Shown: in pieces, positions 9,849 to 22,777 of the stretch | How the letters are laid out: every line of letters begins with the position of its first letter | How positions within the stretch are numbered: the first letter of the stretch is position 1 | Source of the DNA: an uncultured Pseudomonadales bacterium | Lineage (GTDB): Bacteria > Patescibacteriota > Microgenomatia > UBA1400 > PJMF01 | NCBI GenBank assembly: GCA_964633875.1 | Contig: CAZWKL010000001.1 | Coordinates: 53,530-117,529 of the forward strand | Length of the DNA stretch: 64,000 nucleotides | Direction of reading: 5' to 3' | Position numbers and translations under genes: made by a program | Notes under the pieces: generated by a model | The model's input: the letters and a program-made list of their open reading frames with translations, nothing else | Database searches by the model: none | Told to the model about the DNA's origin: nothing

Positions 9849-12800
9849 ATGAAAAATATCATTGACTTTTCAGCACTAGAAATCAGAATCGCCAACCCGG
9901 AAACGATCAAATCCTGGTCTTATGGTGAGGTAAAGAAACCGGAAACCATCAACTACCGTTCTCTCAAGGCAGAAAAGGACGGATTGTTTGATGAGAAAAT
10001 TTTTGGTCCGATCAAGGATTATGAGTGTCACTGTGGCAAATACAAAGGTATCCGTTATCGCGGTATTGTTTGTGACAAATGTGGCGTAGAGCTAACTCAG
10101 TCCCGGGTTCGCCGTGAGAGAATGGGTCATATTTCTTTGGCCGCGCCAGTGGCTCACATTTGGTATTTTAAGGGTGCGCCTTCAAAATTGTCATTACTTT
10201 TAAATATTTCGCCCAGAAACCTCAACTCCATTATCTACTTCTCCAAGTATTTGGTGCTTGATGTTGATGAAACAGCTAAAGGTCAAGTGATTGATCAACT
10301 CAATGGAGATCTCTTGGCAGCTCAAGAAGAACTGCGAGAAGTGTCTAAAGCTGAGATGCAGCAGGTGACTGATGAACTCAAAGTTGAAAAAGAAAAGCTT
10401 GATGATAAGGTCAGCAACAAAGAAACTCTACAACTCAAAAAAGAAGAAGCTGAGCTGAAAGCCAAAAACAAACTTATCGCTATTAAGCAACAGCTGGAAG
10501 TGCAGCTTGAGCAAACAGACGAGATTTACAAGGCCGTTAAACTAATGGCCAAACGCCTGGAAAAAGGCAACATTCTTTCTGAAGATGAGTACATCAAACT
10601 GATTGAGTATGATGCCATTGATCACTTGCGCGTGGGCATGGGTGCGGAAGCTGTGCTCGAAATGGTACGCGAAGCTGACCTCGACCAGTTGGTTGAGGAA
10701 CTCCGGGCAGAGATGGCTGAAACTAAAGGTGGCCGTCGCATCAAAGCCATTAAGAGACTGAGGGTGGTAGAGGGTTTGAGAAAAGCCAAAATTAAGCCTG
10801 AATGGATGTTTATGACCATTTTACCGGTTATTCCTCCTGATCTCAGACCGATGGTGCAGTTGTCTGGTGGCCGTTTTGCTACTTCTGATTTAAATGATTT
10901 GTACCGCCGGGTGATCAATCGCAACAACCGTTTGAAGCACCTGATTGATCTGGGCGCACCGGAAATTATTCTCCGCAACGAAAAACGGATGTTGCAGGAA
11001 GCGGTTGATTCTTTGATTGACAGCAGCGGAGCTAAGCAATCACGGCGCCGCACTACCAGAAGGGCGCTTAAGTCCCTTTCGGAAATGCTCAAAGGCAAGC
11101 AGGGTCGTTTCCGCCAGAACTTGTTGGGTAAGCGGGTGGACTATTCGGGTCGAAGTGTGATCGTGGTTGGTCCCGAGCTGCAACTCAATGAGTGTGGTTT
11201 GCCCAAAGACATGGCGCTTGAGATGTTCAAACCGTACGTTTTGCGTGAACTGATTGCTCAGGGCATTGCTCCAAATGTGAAGAGTGCCAGGCACTCAATC
11301 GAACGACGCGAGCCGGTGGTTTATGACATTTTAGAAAAAGTGACCAAAAACCATCCGGTTATTCTTAACCGCGCCCCCACGCTTCACAAGCTGGGTATGC
11401 AGGCATTTTTCCCGATTTTGATTGAAGGCAATGCTATTCGTTTGCACCCCTGTGTTTGTGCCGGTTATAATGCCGACTTTGACGGTGACCAGATGGCTGT
11501 TCACGTGCCTTTGACCAAAGAAGCCAGAGAGGAAGCTAAAGACTTGATGATGGCCACCCATAACCTGCTTAAGCCGGCCAACGGCGAGCCCATCACCATC
11601 CCCAACAAAGAAATGGCTATGGGTATTTACTATCACACTCGTCTGGACGAAACTTTACCCAAATACGATCACGTCTTTGCTGCCAAAGAGGAGGCGTATC
11701 ACGCTTTCCAAATTGGCCAAGTTCAGCTCAGACAGCTGATTTCGATCAGGATTAAACCTGGCAAGATCATAGAAACTACTATAGGTAGAATTCAATTTAA
11801 TGATTTACTGCCGGAAAATCTACAATTCATCAATGAGGCCGTTACCTCCAGAAGGATTAAGGAAGTGGTGACCAAAGCTATTCAAACTGAAGAGCGCGAA
11901 GTGGTGACTAAATTAATCGACGATATCAAAGACCTTGGTTTCAAGGGCGCGACCCTTTCTGGCCTTTCTGTTTCAGTGACCGACTGCGAAATGTTGCCCA
12001 ACAAGGAGGAACTCATCAAGCAGGCCAATAGAAAAGCAGAAAAAATCCAGGGTCAGTACCTTGAAGGTTACATTTCCGCAGATGAAAGAAGAAGACTTTT
12101 CTTCGAACTCTGGATTGAAACTACCGAGCAAATTGCTGAAAAAACCTGGGATCTTTACTCAAGTGATAACGCGGTGAAGGTAATGATTGAATCGGGTGGT
12201 ACCCGGGCCTCCAAAGATCAGGTGAAACAACTGGCCGCTATGCGCGGACTGGTAGTCGATCCGCTCGGAAACATTGTGGAAATGCCCACCAAGTCCAACT
12301 TCCGGGAAGGCTTAAGTATTTTTGAGTACGTTGCCTCTGCGCGTGGTTCTAGAAAAGGTTTGACTGATACAGCCATTAAAACTGCCGACGCTGGCTATCT
12401 CACTAGAAGACTCACTGATGTTTCACACGACGTCATTATTCGTCTGGAAGACTGTGGCACTACTGATGGTATCGAGATCACCGACAACACTCGCAAAGAT
12501 ATTTTCCCGACCAGAATTTCCAGCCGGGTTGCTTTAGAAGATATCAAAAAGGGCAAGAAAGTAATTGTAAAAGCAGGGGCAGTGATTACTCCGGAGCTGG
12601 CGCAAGAAATTGTGGCTGCTGGAATTAATACCGTTAAAGTCCGCTCGCCACTGACCTGTGAAGCATCTCAGGGAATGTGTGCCAAATGCTACGGCTGGGA
12701 TTTCTCTACCAGAGACAATATCGAAATTGGTGTGCCGGTAGGGATTATCGCGGCTCAGTCTATTGGTGAACCAGGCACTCAGCTCACCATGAGAACCAAA

Positions 12801-13538
12801 CACTCAGGCGGTATCGTTGGTCTTGACGTGACTCAGGGTCTGCCTCGGGTGGAAGAGTTGCTTGAGGTCCGCAATCCCAAAGCTCAGGCCGTCATTAGTG
12901 AAGTGGCCGGTAAAATTAAAATCACCGAAGAAGAAGACGAGAAAGTTATTACGATTATTCCGGTGGGTGGTACTAAAGATGACGCGGAAGAATACCGCGT
13001 TCCCGCCAACATGCAGCTCAAGGTGGAAACGAGTGACTTGGTTGGGGTGGGTGAACAACTGACCGCGGGATCGGTTAATCTTCAAGAGCTGCTGCAAGTT
13101 AAGGGTTTGCTCCTAACTCAACAGTACGTGGTCGATCAAGTCCAGGCGGTGTATGAGTCCCAGGGTATTCCGATTCACGATAAACACTTTGAAGTCATTG
13201 TACGCAAAATGAGCGACAAGGTTCAGATTGAACAGCCCGGCGACACAGAGTTCCTTACCGGCGAAGTGACTGAAAAAGCGCGCTTCATGGAAGCCAACGA
13301 CGAAGCCATGGCCGCCGGCGGTGAACCCGCTACTGCCAAAGTATTGTTCTTAGGAATTACTCGCTCGGCTCTTTTCACTACTTCATGGTTGTCGGCCGCC
13401 TCCTTCCAGCACACCAAAAATGTTTTGACCGATGCTGCGTCTCAAGGCGCGATTGATGATCTTGAGGGCTTGAAAGAAAATGTGATCATTGGCCGGTTGA
13501 TTCCCACCAGCAAAGAAAGGGCGCAAATTGAGTGGTAA
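9849..13538 (+). CDS. rpoC: RNA polymerase beta' subunit
   Basis: [12 protein letters not shown] catalytic motif, N-terminal Zn finger. Confidence 0.99.
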   Translation: MKNIIDFSALEIRIANPETIKSWSYGEVKKPETINYRSLKAEKDGLFDEKIFGPIKDYECHCGKYKGIRYRGIVCDKCGVELTQSRVRRERMGHISLAAPVAHIWYFKGAPSKLSLLLNISPRNLNSIIYFSKYLVLDVDETAKGQVIDQLNGDLLAAQEELREVSKAEMQQVTDELKVEKEKLDDKVSNKETLQLKKEEAELKAKNKLIAIKQQLEVQLEQTDEIYKAVKLMAKRLEKGNILSEDEYIKLIEYDAIDHLRVGMGAEAVLEMVREADLDQLVEELRAEMAETKGGRRIKAIKRLRVVEGLRKAKIKPEWMFMTILPVIPPDLRPMVQLSGGRFATSDLNDLYRRVINRNNRLKHLIDLGAPEIILRNEKRMLQEAVDSLIDSSGAKQSRRRTTRRALKSLSEMLKGKQGRFRQNLLGKRVDYSGRSVIVVGPELQLNECGLPKDMALEMFKPYVLRELIAQGIAPNVKSARHSIERREPVVYDILEKVTKNHPVILNRAPTLHKLGMQAFFPILIEGNAIRLHPCVCAGYNADFDGDQMAVHVPLTKEAREEAKDLMMATHNLLKPANGEPITIPNKEMAMGIYYHTRLDETLPKYDHVFAAKEEAYHAFQIGQVQLRQLISIRIKPGKIIETTIGRIQFNDLLPENLQFINEAVTSRRIKEVVTKAIQTEEREVVTKLIDDIKDLGFKGATLSGLSVSVTDCEMLPNKEELIKQANRKAEKIQGQYLEGYISADERRRLFFELWIETTEQIAEKTWDLYSSDNAVKVMIESGGTRASKDQVKQLAAMRGLVVDPLGNIVEMPTKSNFREGLSIFEYVASARGSRKGLTDTAIKTADAGYLTRRLTDVSHDVIIRLEDCGTTDGIEITDNTRKDIFPTRISSRVALEDIKKGKKVIVKAGAVITPELAQEIVAAGINTVKVRSPLTCEASQGMCAKCYGWDFSTRDNIEIGVPVGIIAAQSIGEPGTQLTMRTKHSGGIVGLDVTQGLPRVEELLEVRNPKAQAVISEVAGKIKITEEEDEKVITIIPVGGTKDDAEEYRVPANMQLKVETSDLVGVGEQLTAGSVNLQELLQVKGLLLTQQYVVDQVQAVYESQGIPIHDKHFEVIVRKMSDKVQIEQPGDTEFLTGEVTEKARFMEANDEAMAAGGEPATAKVLFLGITRSALFTTSWLSAASFQHTKNVLTDAASQGAIDDLEGLKENVIIGRLIPTSKERAQIEW

Positions 13539-13613
13539 GAACTTGGAGTCTATGTTACAATCATTGCTCATTGCGAACGCTCAAACAGCAGCCAGAAATT
13601 AGAAAGAAAAACA

Positions 13614-14024
13614 ATGCCGACCATTAATCAACTGATCCGTAAGGGTGGACGTAAGCAAAAGCCAGCCAAAATTAAGGCTACGGCTCTGCGTCGCAGCTTC
13701 AACTCGGATACCAACAAAGTCAGCAAGACCGTCAACCCGCAAAAGCGGGGCGTCTGTACCGTGGTCAAAACCATGACTCCCAAGAAACCGAACTCGGCCT
13801 TGCGTAAGGTTGCCAGAGTCAGGTTGTCCAATCGCATGGAAGTGACGGCCTACATTCAAGGCGAAGGTCACAGCTTGGCGGAACACAGCATTGTGTTGGT
13901 TAGAGGCGGCCGGGTTAAAGACTTGCCGGGTGTGAAGTATCACGTCATTCGCGGCAAGTATGACGCATCCGGGGTTGAAGGCAGAAAAACCAGCCGCAGT
14001 AAATACGGAGCCAAACGAGCCTAA
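13614..14024 (+). CDS. rpsL: 30S ribosomal protein S12
   Basis: [25 protein letters not shown]. Confidence 0.99.
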   Translation: MPTINQLIRKGGRKQKPAKIKATALRRSFNSDTNKVSKTVNPQKRGVCTVVKTMTPKKPNSALRKVARVRLSNRMEVTAYIQGEGHSLAEHSIVLVRGGRVKDLPGVKYHVIRGKYDASGVEGRKTSRSKYGAKRA

Positions 14025-14096
14025 AAAAATTATCAAAACATAAAAAGTATTTATTAGGAGTATTGTCCGCCATAGGCGGACGAGAATGAAACTAAT

Positions 14097-14573
14097 ATGA
14101 GAACAAAAAAAGCCCCGGTTCGGGATATAAAACCAGATGTTAAGCACGATTCCAAAAGAATTGCCAAACTTATCAACTACGTGATGCAGGATGGTAAAAA
14201 AACTGTTGCTCGCAAGCAAGTTTATGCTGCTTTGGATCAAGTTGCTCAAGTCACCAAAAAAGAGCAGCTTGAGATTTTTGAAGAAGTCATTAAAACCATT
14301 ACCCCACAAATGGAAGTTCGTTCCAGGCGTGTAGGTGGCGCGGCTTATCAAGTGCCGATGCCGGTCAGATCCAGACGTGGTTTTGCTTTGGCGCTCAGGT
14401 GGTTGGTTCAGGAAGCCAACAAGCGTTCCAGCAAGGAGTATCGCACTTTTGGGGAAAAATTGGCCGCGGAAATGCTGGACGCTCTCAACAATCAGGGCGG
14501 CGCCGTAGCTAGAAAAGAGACCTCACATCGTATGGCAGAAGCCAACAAAGCCTTTGCTCATTTCCGGTGGTAG
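14097..14573 (+). CDS. rpsG: 30S ribosomal protein S7
   Basis: RRVGGAAYQVP, MAEANKAFAHFRW. Confidence 0.99.
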   Translation: MRTKKAPVRDIKPDVKHDSKRIAKLINYVMQDGKKTVARKQVYAALDQVAQVTKKEQLEIFEEVIKTITPQMEVRSRRVGGAAYQVPMPVRSRRGFALALRWLVQEANKRSSKEYRTFGEKLAAEMLDALNNQGGAVARKETSHRMAEANKAFAHFRW

Positions 14574-14631
14574 GTTTGCAATTTTTGCGATACTATAAAA
14601 TTTTGTAACAATTAATGTTTAAAGAGTCAGT

Positions 14632-16767
14632 ATGGTACAAACAATTAAAACATCAGACAGAGACAAGATTCCTCTAGAGAGAATTAGGAATATTGGTATT
14701 ATTGCTCATATTGATGCCGGTAAAACCACTACTTCGGAGCGGATTCTTTTTTATACTGGCCGCACTTATAAAATGGGCGAAGTTCATGAGGGCGCTGCCA
14801 CGATGGACTGGATGGCTCAGGAGCAGGAGCGCGGTATTACCATTGTTTCTGCTGCCACTACTACTTTTTGGACGCCTCATTTTGAAACTCATCTAGAAAA
14901 AAAACCCTACCGTTTCAATATCATTGATACACCAGGACACGTTGATTTTACTGCCGAAGTTGAGCGCAGTTTACGCGTGCTTGACGGTGGCATCACGGTT
15001 TTGGATGCCAGCGAAGGGGTGCAGTCTCAATCCGAAACAGTTTGGCGCCAAGCCGACAAATATAACGTTCCGCGCATTTGCTTTGTCAACAAAATGGACA
15101 AGTTGGGAGCGGACTTTTTTGCCGTTATTCAAGATATTAAAGACAAGTTTGGAGTTAAACCAGTGCCGATGGTTTTGCCGATGGGAGCTGAGAATGAATT
15201 TGAGGGCGTCATTCAGCTTCTCGAGGAAAAAGCCTTGTTCTGGAAAGATAATGCCGTTGATACCGAGCCGGAAATTAAAGCCATTCCGGAAGAGTACCAA
15301 GAGAGAGTGGCAGAACTGAGAGCACAGGTAGTTGAGCAAATTGCTGAAACTGACGACGCGCTTTTGGAGAAATTCTTCAACGAAGAAGCCATTAGCGTGA
15401 ATGAACTCAAAGTAGCTTTACGCAAGGCCGTGATTGATTACAAACTAGTGCCGGTTTACGCGGGCTCATCTCTGAAAAACACTGGCGTCCAGCCGCTTTT
15501 AGACGCAGTGGTAGAGTACTTGCCTTCACCGGTTGATATTGACCATATCACCGGTACGATTCCCGGCAAAGAAGAAGAAATTGAACGCAAACTGGTGCCG
15601 GAAGAAAAAACCAGCGCCTTGGCTTTCAAAATCCAGACCGATCCACACGTGGGCAAGCTCACTTATGTACGTGTCTATTCTGGTATCATTCAATCGGGCA
15701 GCTATATTTACAACACTACTCGGGATACCAAAGAACGCGTCGGCCGCTTGCTCCTCATGCACGCCAACGATCGTGAAGAAATTGACTCCGCCCGCGCTGG
15801 TGAGATCGTGGCTATTGTGGGTTTGAAGAACACCAAAACTGGCGATACTCTGGCCGACGAGCAACACCCCATTGAACTAGAAGGCATTGTCTTTTCTGAT
15901 CCGGTTATTTCTTTGGCGATTGAACCCAGAACCAAGTCAGATCAAGAAAAGATGGGCTTGGCTTTGGCCAAACTAGCGGAAGAAGACCCCACTTTTACTA
16001 TCAAATCCAACCCCGAAACTGGCCAAACCATTATCGGCGGCATGGGTGAACTGCATCTGGAAATTTTGGTTGATAGAATGAAAAGAGAGTTTAGTGTGGA
16101 CGCCAACGTGGGTGCTCCTCAAGTGGCTTATCGCGAAACCATCACTCAACCCTCTCAGGGTGAAGGTAAGTACATCAAGCAATCCGGTGGCCGAGGCCAA
16201 TATGGACACGTTTTTCTCAAGATCGAACCTCAAGACCGAGGCACAGGTTATGAGTTTGTTGATGCCATTACCGGCGGAGTGGTGCCCCGCGAGTTCATCG
16301 CCCCGACCGACAAAGGCATTCAAGAATCACTGGAGCGCGGCTTCCTAGCCGGTTACCCCATGACCGATGTTAAGGTCACTCTTTATGATGGTTCATATCA
16401 TGATGTTGACTCGAGTGAAATGGCTTTTAAGATGGCTGGCTCACTGGGAATGAGAGAAGCGGTCAAGAATGCAGGTATGGTTTTGATTGAGCCGATCATG
16501 AAAGTTGAGGTCACTTCGCCTGAGGAATACATGGGTGATGTGATTGGTGACTTAGGTTCAAGGAGAGCTCAGATTCAAGGTACCAACCAGCGCGGTAACG
16601 TGGCGGTGATTATTGCCTTGGCTCCTTTGGCAGAAATGCAAGGTTATGTTACAATTCTAAGGAGCATGACTAAAGGCCGTGCTTCTTCTGTAATGCTCCC
16701 AAGTCATTACGATATTGTGCCTCAGAATATTACTAAAGCTATTATTGAGGAACAAAATAGAGCTTAA
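14632..16767 (+). CDS. fusA: Elongation factor G
   Basis: [29 protein letters not shown]. Confidence 0.99.
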   Translation: MVQTIKTSDRDKIPLERIRNIGIIAHIDAGKTTTSERILFYTGRTYKMGEVHEGAATMDWMAQEQERGITIVSAATTTFWTPHFETHLEKKPYRFNIIDTPGHVDFTAEVERSLRVLDGGITVLDASEGVQSQSETVWRQADKYNVPRICFVNKMDKLGADFFAVIQDIKDKFGVKPVPMVLPMGAENEFEGVIQLLEEKALFWKDNAVDTEPEIKAIPEEYQERVAELRAQVVEQIAETDDALLEKFFNEEAISVNELKVALRKAVIDYKLVPVYAGSSLKNTGVQPLLDAVVEYLPSPVDIDHITGTIPGKEEEIERKLVPEEKTSALAFKIQTDPHVGKLTYVRVYSGIIQSGSYIYNTTRDTKERVGRLLLMHANDREEIDSARAGEIVAIVGLKNTKTGDTLADEQHPIELEGIVFSDPVISLAIEPRTKSDQEKMGLALAKLAEEDPTFTIKSNPETGQTIIGGMGELHLEILVDRMKREFSVDANVGAPQVAYRETITQPSQGEGKYIKQSGGRGQYGHVFLKIEPQDRGTGYEFVDAITGGVVPREFIAPTDKGIQESLERGFLAGYPMTDVKVTLYDGSYHDVDSSEMAFKMAGSLGMREAVKNAGMVLIEPIMKVEVTSPEEYMGDVIGDLGSRRAQIQGTNQRGNVAVIIALAPLAEMQGYVTILRSMTKGRASSVMLPSHYDIVPQNITKAIIEEQNRA

Positions 16768-16902
16768 TTAGCTTGGTTTCGCAAAAAACTGCGGTGGAAG
16801 AACTTTTTTGCTTGTGCAAATTCGGTCTTCTCTTGATAAAATAGTCACTTGTATAAAGTAAGTATTGGAAAATAATACAAAGTATAAAAATTCGGAGGCC
16901 CT

Positions 16903-18099
16903 ATGGCAGACTCACAAAAATTTGTACGTGACAAAACTCACGTAAATATCGGTACCATTGGTCACGTTGACCATGGCAAGACCACCCTTACAGCAGCTAT
17001 TACCCAAACCTTGGCGGCAAAGTTGCCAAGCGAAATCAATAAGCCGTTGAATTATTTGGATATCGATAACGCTCCTGAAGAGGCAGCGCGCGGTGTGACC
17101 ATCAACATCTCACACATTGAGTATGAGACTGAAAAACGTCACTACGCTCACATTGATGCTCCTGGCCACGCTGACTACATCAAAAACATGATTACCGGTG
17201 CTGCCCAGATGGACGGGGCTATTCTCGTGGTCGCTGCTACCGATGGTCCGATGCCTCAGACTCGAGAGCACATTCTTTTGGCTAATCAAGTGAACGTGCC
17301 TAAAATCGTGGTCGCTTTGAACAAAGTCGACATGGTTGATGACGCCGAACTGCTTGACTTAGTCGAGATGGAAGTGCGCGAGCTTTTAACCAAATATGGT
17401 TTTGATGGCGATGAAACTCCGGTTCACCGGGTTAGCGCCCTGAAAGCGCTTGAAGGTGATAAAGAGGCTCAAGAGGGCATTATGGAATTAATGAACACAG
17501 TTGATTCCTATGTTCCTGATCCGGTTCGCGATCTCGACAAGCCATTCCTGATGTCAGTTGAGGATGTTTTCTCAATTAAAGGCCGCGGCACTGTGGTTAC
17601 GGGTCGTATTGATAACGGTGTGGTTAAAGTTGGCGAGGAAATCGAAATCGTTGGTTTGCGCGACTCAAGCAAAACCACCGTTACTGGTGTGGAAATGTTC
17701 CGCAAAATGCTTGATCAAGGTCAAGCAGGCGACAACGTTGGTATTCTGCTTCGCGGCGTTGGTAAAGATGACGTCGAGCGCGGTCAAGTTTTGGCCAAGC
17801 CTGGTTCCATCAAAGCTCACACTGAGTTTGAAGCCGAAGTCTATATCCTCACCAAAGAAGAAGGCGGCCGTCACAAGCCATTTTTCAGCGGTTATAGGCC
17901 ACAGTTTTACATCAGAACCACTGACGTTACCGGTGAGATCACTCTCCCTGATGGGGTAGAGATGGTTATGCCTGGTGACAATGCCAAGATGAAAGTTAAA
18001 CTCATCCAGCCGGTGGCTTTGGACGAAGGCCTGCGCTTTGCTATTCGTGAAGGTGGTCATACTATTGGCGCCGGAGCGATTACCAAGGTGGTTAAATAA
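16903..18099 (+). CDS. tuf: Elongation factor Tu
   Basis: [24 protein letters not shown]; GGAGG SD. Confidence 0.99.
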   Translation: MADSQKFVRDKTHVNIGTIGHVDHGKTTLTAAITQTLAAKLPSEINKPLNYLDIDNAPEEAARGVTINISHIEYETEKRHYAHIDAPGHADYIKNMITGAAQMDGAILVVAATDGPMPQTREHILLANQVNVPKIVVALNKVDMVDDAELLDLVEMEVRELLTKYGFDGDETPVHRVSALKALEGDKEAQEGIMELMNTVDSYVPDPVRDLDKPFLMSVEDVFSIKGRGTVVTGRIDNGVVKVGEEIEIVGLRDSSKTTVTGVEMFRKMLDQGQAGDNVGILLRGVGKDDVERGQVLAKPGSIKAHTEFEAEVYILTKEEGGRHKPFFSGYRPQFYIRTTDVTGEITLPDGVEMVMPGDNAKMKVKLIQPVALDEGLRFAIREGGHTIGAGAITKVVK

Positions 18100-18113
18100 G
18101 AGCTAGAATTTGG

Positions 18114-18148
18114 TACACCCCGCTGATTTTCAGCGGGGTGTATTTTTT
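18114..18148 (+). terminator. Intrinsic terminator after tuf
   Basis: TACACCCCGCTGA-TTT-TCAGCGGGGTGTA perfect hairpin followed by T-tract. Confidence 0.9.
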
Positions 18149-18197
18149 CTTGATAGTGCAATAAAAACTCAATTAGGGACAAAATAAGGCCAAGGCC

Positions 18198-18226
18198 TTT
18201 ACATCTGGTAGCAGATTTAGTATAAT
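18198..18226 (+). promoter_or_regulatory. Sigma70-type promoter of S10 operon
   Basis: TTTACA-17 nt-TATAAT upstream of rpsJ, just after the tuf terminator. Confidence 0.75.
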
Positions 18227-18275
18227 TCCCGTCTACGAGATATTGACTTAACCAGAGGAAAAAGGAACCTTAACA

Positions 18276-18599
18276 ATGGCTAATAACACGCAATCACAAA
18301 ATAAGATCCGTATTCGGCTCAAGTCATACGATCACCGGGTGATTGATGATGCTGGAAGAAAAATTTTAGAGACTGCCCTTTCTACAGGCGCTAAAGTTGT
18401 TGGTCCAGTGCCATTACCCACACACGTAAAGTGGTTTACCGTGTTGGTATCGCCACACACTGATAAAGATTCTCAGGAACATTATCAGATCAAGACACAT
18501 AAGCGAGTGATTGATATCATCAATCCAACCAATAAAACTATCGACTCGCTCATGCATCTTGAGCTACCGGCTGGTGTGTCAATTCAGATAAAAATGTAA
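18276..18599 (+). CDS. rpsJ: 30S ribosomal protein S10
   Basis: [24 protein letters not shown]. Confidence 0.98.
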   Translation: MANNTQSQNKIRIRLKSYDHRVIDDAGRKILETALSTGAKVVGPVPLPTHVKWFTVLVSPHTDKDSQEHYQIKTHKRVIDIINPTNKTIDSLMHLELPAGVSIQIKM

Positions 18600-18746
18600 T
18601 TGATTCGCTTGCAGGCAAAAGGCTGCTGTTCAAGCCAATGATGAATAAACTTAATACACAAAAAAAAGCAATTGAATCAGCGCTGCCCGCTCGAGGTGAC
18701 ACTGAAAAAATTGCCTTGCAGGCAATAATTTTGACAGAAAATAGGT

Positions 18747-19553
18747 ATGATCAACGATATATTTGCAACCAAACTAGGAATGACCCAAGCCTGGACCAAA
18801 GATGGCAAGCGCTTGGCCGTTACCCGCTGTAAACTCAGTGATAATATAGTTATTGGTAAAGAAGTTACCGAAGTTCTCAATAAAAACACTCAAAAGCATC
18901 AAACCGTACCCTGCACCATCCTCGAAGTCGGTTACGGTAAGAAAAAACTCAAAAACATGTCAAAACCACTCAGAAACAGATTAGAAAAGAGTGGTTTTAA
19001 TTTTGGAGTCAGTCAAATTCAGGGTATCAGAATTTATGGTCCTGAAGAAAACAGCGAAACAGTCAAAGTTGGCGATATCATTAAGGCCGACTCCGTTTTA
19101 TCTGTGGGTGATATTGTCCAGGTTCAAGGTGTTACCAGCGGTAAAGGCTTTGCCGGCGGCATGAAGCGGCATGGTTTTGCTGGTGGACCGAAAACTCACG
19201 GACAGTCAGACCGCGCCAGAGCAGTTGGTTCTATTGGCGCCGGCACTAGTCCGGGCAGAGTTTGGCCTGGGCAAAAAATGCCAGGTAGAGCTGGAAACAT
19301 TACTGCTACCGTTCGAGGTTTGGTAGTAGTTCATTTAGATCAAGAACAGGGTGAAATTTGGCTGAGCGGTCCAATTCCTGGCGTGATCAACACCAACGTC
19401 AAAATTTCCAAAATGGGCAAAAGTAAAAATGTTGTTTTGGATAAAAAAGCCTCAGGCATTCAGGAGACCGAACCCAAAGAGGTAGTAACTGAAGAAACAG
19501 AGCCAAAAGAGGCGAAACCTGCTGAAAAACCATCAGCAGCGCTTGAGGAATAG
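18747..19553 (+). CDS. rplC: 50S ribosomal protein L3
   Basis: KLGMTQ, GKGFAGGMKRHGF.GGPKTHG. Confidence 0.97.
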   Translation: MINDIFATKLGMTQAWTKDGKRLAVTRCKLSDNIVIGKEVTEVLNKNTQKHQTVPCTILEVGYGKKKLKNMSKPLRNRLEKSGFNFGVSQIQGIRIYGPEENSETVKVGDIIKADSVLSVGDIVQVQGVTSGKGFAGGMKRHGFAGGPKTHGQSDRARAVGSIGAGTSPGRVWPGQKMPGRAGNITATVRGLVVVHLDQEQGEIWLSGPIPGVINTNVKISKMGKSKNVVLDKKASGIQETEPKEVVTEETEPKEAKPAEKPSAALEE

Positions 19554-19557
19554 AAAA

Positions 19558-20307
19558 ATGAAAGTCGTAAGTATTACCAAAACCGGCACCAAAAGTTCCA
19601 TCACTGTCAGTGATGAATTATTTGCGGCGGCTGTAAACAAAGTTGTCCTTGGTCAGGCTATCAGGGTTTATCTTTCCAACCTTCGCCAGGGTACTAGTCA
19701 GGTAAAGACCAGGGGTGAAGTTGCTCGGACTAAAAGGAAATGGTACAAACAAAAAGGCACGGGCAATGCTCGCCATGGCGCCAGAAGTGCTCCAATTTTT
19801 GTGGGTGGCGGTGTGACTCACGGTCCGACCGGACTGGAAAACTGGAGTAAAAAACTTACGACTAAGTTAAAGAAAAAAGCCTTGATTAGCGCCCTGAGCG
19901 CTCAGGCAAAAAATGTTTATGTCATTGACTATATTAAAGACCTTAATGGCAAAACCAAAGAAGCGGTAACAGCGCTGTCTCCAATTTTAGAAGCAAATGA
20001 CAAGTTGTTGGTAATTTTGCCCGAGCGCAACGACTTGGTTGAGCGTGGCTTGAGAAATATTCCTCAAGTCTTGATGAGAACCGCTCATGAAGTTAATGCC
20101 CTTGATGTGGCGTTAGCCAACAAAATCGTGGCTACTAAACAATCAATTGCCGGTCTGGAAACCAGGCTTTTGGGAACCAAATCAGCCGTCAAGCCAGTGG
20201 TTAAACCTACAGCAACAGTTGCGGAAACGAAAACAGCTAAAAAAGCCAAAACCACCCAAGCAGCCAAAACTACCAAAAAAACCAAAGCCACCAAGCAAGA
20301 GAAATAA
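19558..20307 (+). CDS. rplD: 50S ribosomal protein L4
   Basis: [19 protein letters not shown]; ATG at 19558. Confidence 0.97.
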   Translation: MKVVSITKTGTKSSITVSDELFAAAVNKVVLGQAIRVYLSNLRQGTSQVKTRGEVARTKRKWYKQKGTGNARHGARSAPIFVGGGVTHGPTGLENWSKKLTTKLKKKALISALSAQAKNVYVIDYIKDLNGKTKEAVTALSPILEANDKLLVILPERNDLVERGLRNIPQVLMRTAHEVNALDVALANKIVATKQSIAGLETRLLGTKSAVKPVVKPTATVAETKTAKKAKTTQAAKTTKKTKATKQEK

Positions 20308-20310
20308 AAT

Positions 20311-20604
20311 ATGAACCCGTATATCATCAAAAAACCACTGATTACCGAAAAAACTGTTGAGTTAGCCAATAAGCAGAATATTTATACTTTTGCCGTTGGC
20401 ACTACTACCAATAAAAATCAGATCAAAGAGGCCATTGAGGAGCTTTACGGCGTTACAGTAGTGGCAATTAACACTGTGGTTAGGCAACCGGAAGAAAAGA
20501 AAACGGGTAAGAAAAGACTAAACACTGTTATGCCAAAGAAAAAAAAGGCTTTGGTCAAGTTAGCTGAAGGTCAAACAATAGATTTGTTTGATATATCAGA
20601 ATAA
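20311..20604 (+). CDS. rplW: 50S ribosomal protein L23
   Basis: PLITEK, KKALVKL; operon order. Confidence 0.96.
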   Translation: MNPYIIKKPLITEKTVELANKQNIYTFAVGTTTNKNQIKEAIEELYGVTVVAINTVVRQPEEKKTGKKRLNTVMPKKKKALVKLAEGQTIDLFDISE

Positions 20605-20626
20605 AATGAGATAATAGAGAGATATT

Positions 20627-21460
20627 ATGTTGAAGAAAAAGAAAGCCACCAGCGCGGGAAGACGTCACCAAGTGACGGTTGACCGCTCTCAACTGCACAA
20701 AGGCAAACCTGAAAAAACTCTTTTGGTTTCAGGTCACAAAAAACGCCAGGGCAGAAATTCAAGCGGTAGGATTACCGTGCGTCATCGTGGTGGTGGAGTC
20801 AAAAAGAAGCTGAGAATAATCGACTGGAAGCGTTCAAAGAGAGACGTTCCAGCTAAGGTTGTTCGTCTGGAATATGATCCAATGCGCAGTGCAAACTTGG
20901 CTTTACTACAGTATGTTGACGGAGAAAAGGCTTATATCCTTGCTCCTCAGGGTCTTGAAGTGGGAAGTCAGGTAATAGCCGGTGACGAAGTTGAGCCCAA
21001 GCCGGGAAATGCTTTGCCATTGAAAAATATTCCTATTGGCATGCTCATTCACAACATCGAAATGAGACCGATGAAAGGGGCGCAAATTGTTAGAGGTGCG
21101 GGTACCGGAGCGATGATTCAATCCAAAGAGGGAGCGTATATTACTGTCCAGTTGCCATCCAAAGAGATGAGGTTGATTCATGAAGACTGTTTCGCTACAA
21201 TCGGCCAGGTTGGCAATCAGGATTGGAAGAACAGAAAAATCGGCAAGGCCGGCAGAAAACGCTTGATGGGTATTCGTCCAACGGTTCGTGGCGTGGCTCA
21301 GCACCCCGGGTCTCACCCGCATGGTGGTGGTGAAGGCAGATCGCCGGTGGGTATGAAGCATCCTAAGACTCCATGGGGCAAACACGCTGGAGGCAAGAAG
21401 ACTCGTAAGAAAAACCACCGTTCTGACCGTTGGATTGTACAAAATAGAAAAGGCAAATAG
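20627..21460 (+). CDS. rplB: 50S ribosomal protein L2
   Basis: EYDPMRSA, HPHGGGEG, TPWG. Confidence 0.99.
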   Translation: MLKKKKATSAGRRHQVTVDRSQLHKGKPEKTLLVSGHKKRQGRNSSGRITVRHRGGGVKKKLRIIDWKRSKRDVPAKVVRLEYDPMRSANLALLQYVDGEKAYILAPQGLEVGSQVIAGDEVEPKPGNALPLKNIPIGMLIHNIEMRPMKGAQIVRGAGTGAMIQSKEGAYITVQLPSKEMRLIHEDCFATIGQVGNQDWKNRKIGKAGRKRLMGIRPTVRGVAQHPGSHPHGGGEGRSPVGMKHPKTPWGKHAGGKKTRKKNHRSDRWIVQNRKGK

Positions 21461-21472
21461 TAAGAAGAACTT

Positions 21473-21757
21473 ATGTCACGTTCAAGTAAAAAAGGGCCAC
21501 ACATCGACGAAAAACTGCTAGCAAAAGTGATGCAGCAGAAAAATACCGGAGACAAAACTCCGATCAAAACTTGGGCACGCCAGTGCGCCATTTCACCTGA
21601 TTTTGTGGGTCATACTTTTATGGTTCATCAGGGCAAAAATTTTGTTGAGGTTTTTGTGAATGAAGCGATGGTTGGTCATAAGTTGGGGGAGTTTGCCCCA
21701 ACTCGCACTTTTAGAGGTCACGGCAAGATTGTGAAACGTGTGCTAACCAAAACTTAA
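21473..21757 (+). CDS. rpsS: 30S ribosomal protein S19
   Basis: [13 protein letters not shown]. Confidence 0.99.
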   Translation: MSRSSKKGPHIDEKLLAKVMQQKNTGDKTPIKTWARQCAISPDFVGHTFMVHQGKNFVEVFVNEAMVGHKLGEFAPTRTFRGHGKIVKRVLTKT

Positions 21758-21764
21758 AGGATTT

Positions 21765-22109
21765 ATGTTAATTACGGCTACACAGAAAAATACCAGACAA
21801 GCTCCACGCAAAGTTCGTGAAGTGGCTAACGCTGTTAAAGGTATGGAAATTGAACGAGCGATCAGGCAATTGGCTGTCATGGATAGGCGGGCATCTACGG
21901 TAGTGCTCAAAACCTTGCGCCAAGCTGTGGCTAACGCCACCAACAATCACGGTGCCAAATTTGAAGATTTAACTCTAAAGAACATTACCGTTGATCAAGG
22001 GACAACTTACAAAAGATGGCGCGCAGTTGCCAGAGGTCAGGCTCACGGCATCGAAAAAAAGACCAGTCATGTCAAAGTAGAACTGGAAGTCAAAAAGGAT
22101 GACAAATAA
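21765..22109 (+). CDS. rplV: 50S ribosomal protein L22
   Basis: PRKVR, AVANA, KKTSHV. Confidence 0.97.
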   Translation: MLITATQKNTRQAPRKVREVANAVKGMEIERAIRQLAVMDRRASTVVLKTLRQAVANATNNHGAKFEDLTLKNITVDQGTTYKRWRAVARGQAHGIEKKTSHVKVELEVKKDDK

Positions 22110-22111
22110 AT

Positions 22112-22762
22112 ATGGGACAGAAAGTTAACCCCACCGGCTTTAGATTAGGTATCACTTACACCTGGAAGTCAAGGTGGCATGCCGATGAGGCTGACTACTC
22201 CGACAAGGTGTTGGAAGATTACCGTTTGCGCAAATATCTTAATCAAGAATTGGCCAATGCTGGTTTGGTTCAGGTTGATATTGAGCGCTCACTCACAGCC
22301 ATCAAAGTTATTTTACATGTTTCAAGGCCTGGTGTGGTGATCGGCAAGGGCGGCTCTAATTTGGAAAACATCAAAGCCGGGATCGAAAAAATTCTCAATG
22401 TTCAGAAATTGAAAAAGGACAAAGTCAAGATTGATTTGAGAGTGGAGGAAGTTAAGCAGCCCGATTTAAGCGCCAAACTGGTGGCTGAAAGAATTGAACA
22501 GCAACTGATTAAACGCTACCCACACCGTCGTGCTGTTACCCAGGCTTTGGAAAAAGTCATCCAGGCAGGAGCGAAAGGCGTAAAAATTCAATTTTCCGGC
22601 CGTATTGGCGGATCTGAAATTGGCAGAACCGAGAAATATTTTGAAGGCAGTGTACCGACTCAAACATTAAGAGCGGACATTGATTACCACCAAATTCCTG
22701 CTCGTACTAGATCAGGATATGTTGGTATCAAGGTTTGGATTTATAAGGAAGACGTAGTTTAG
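22112..22762 (+). CDS. rpsC: 30S ribosomal protein S3
   Basis: MGQKVNPTGFRLG, PGVVIGKGG, TLRADIDY. Confidence 0.99.
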   Translation: MGQKVNPTGFRLGITYTWKSRWHADEADYSDKVLEDYRLRKYLNQELANAGLVQVDIERSLTAIKVILHVSRPGVVIGKGGSNLENIKAGIEKILNVQKLKKDKVKIDLRVEEVKQPDLSAKLVAERIEQQLIKRYPHRRAVTQALEKVIQAGAKGVKIQFSGRIGGSEIGRTEKYFEGSVPTQTLRADIDYHQIPARTRSGYVGIKVWIYKEDVV

Positions 22763-22777
22763 TCTAAAAGAGGTAAA

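Noticed and set aside
13599-14351. 250 aa minus-strand ORF
   Set aside because: Antisense shadow of rpsL/rpsG
18638-18832. 64 aa ORF between rpsJ and rplC
   Set aside because: Overlaps rplC out of frame; no protein-like features
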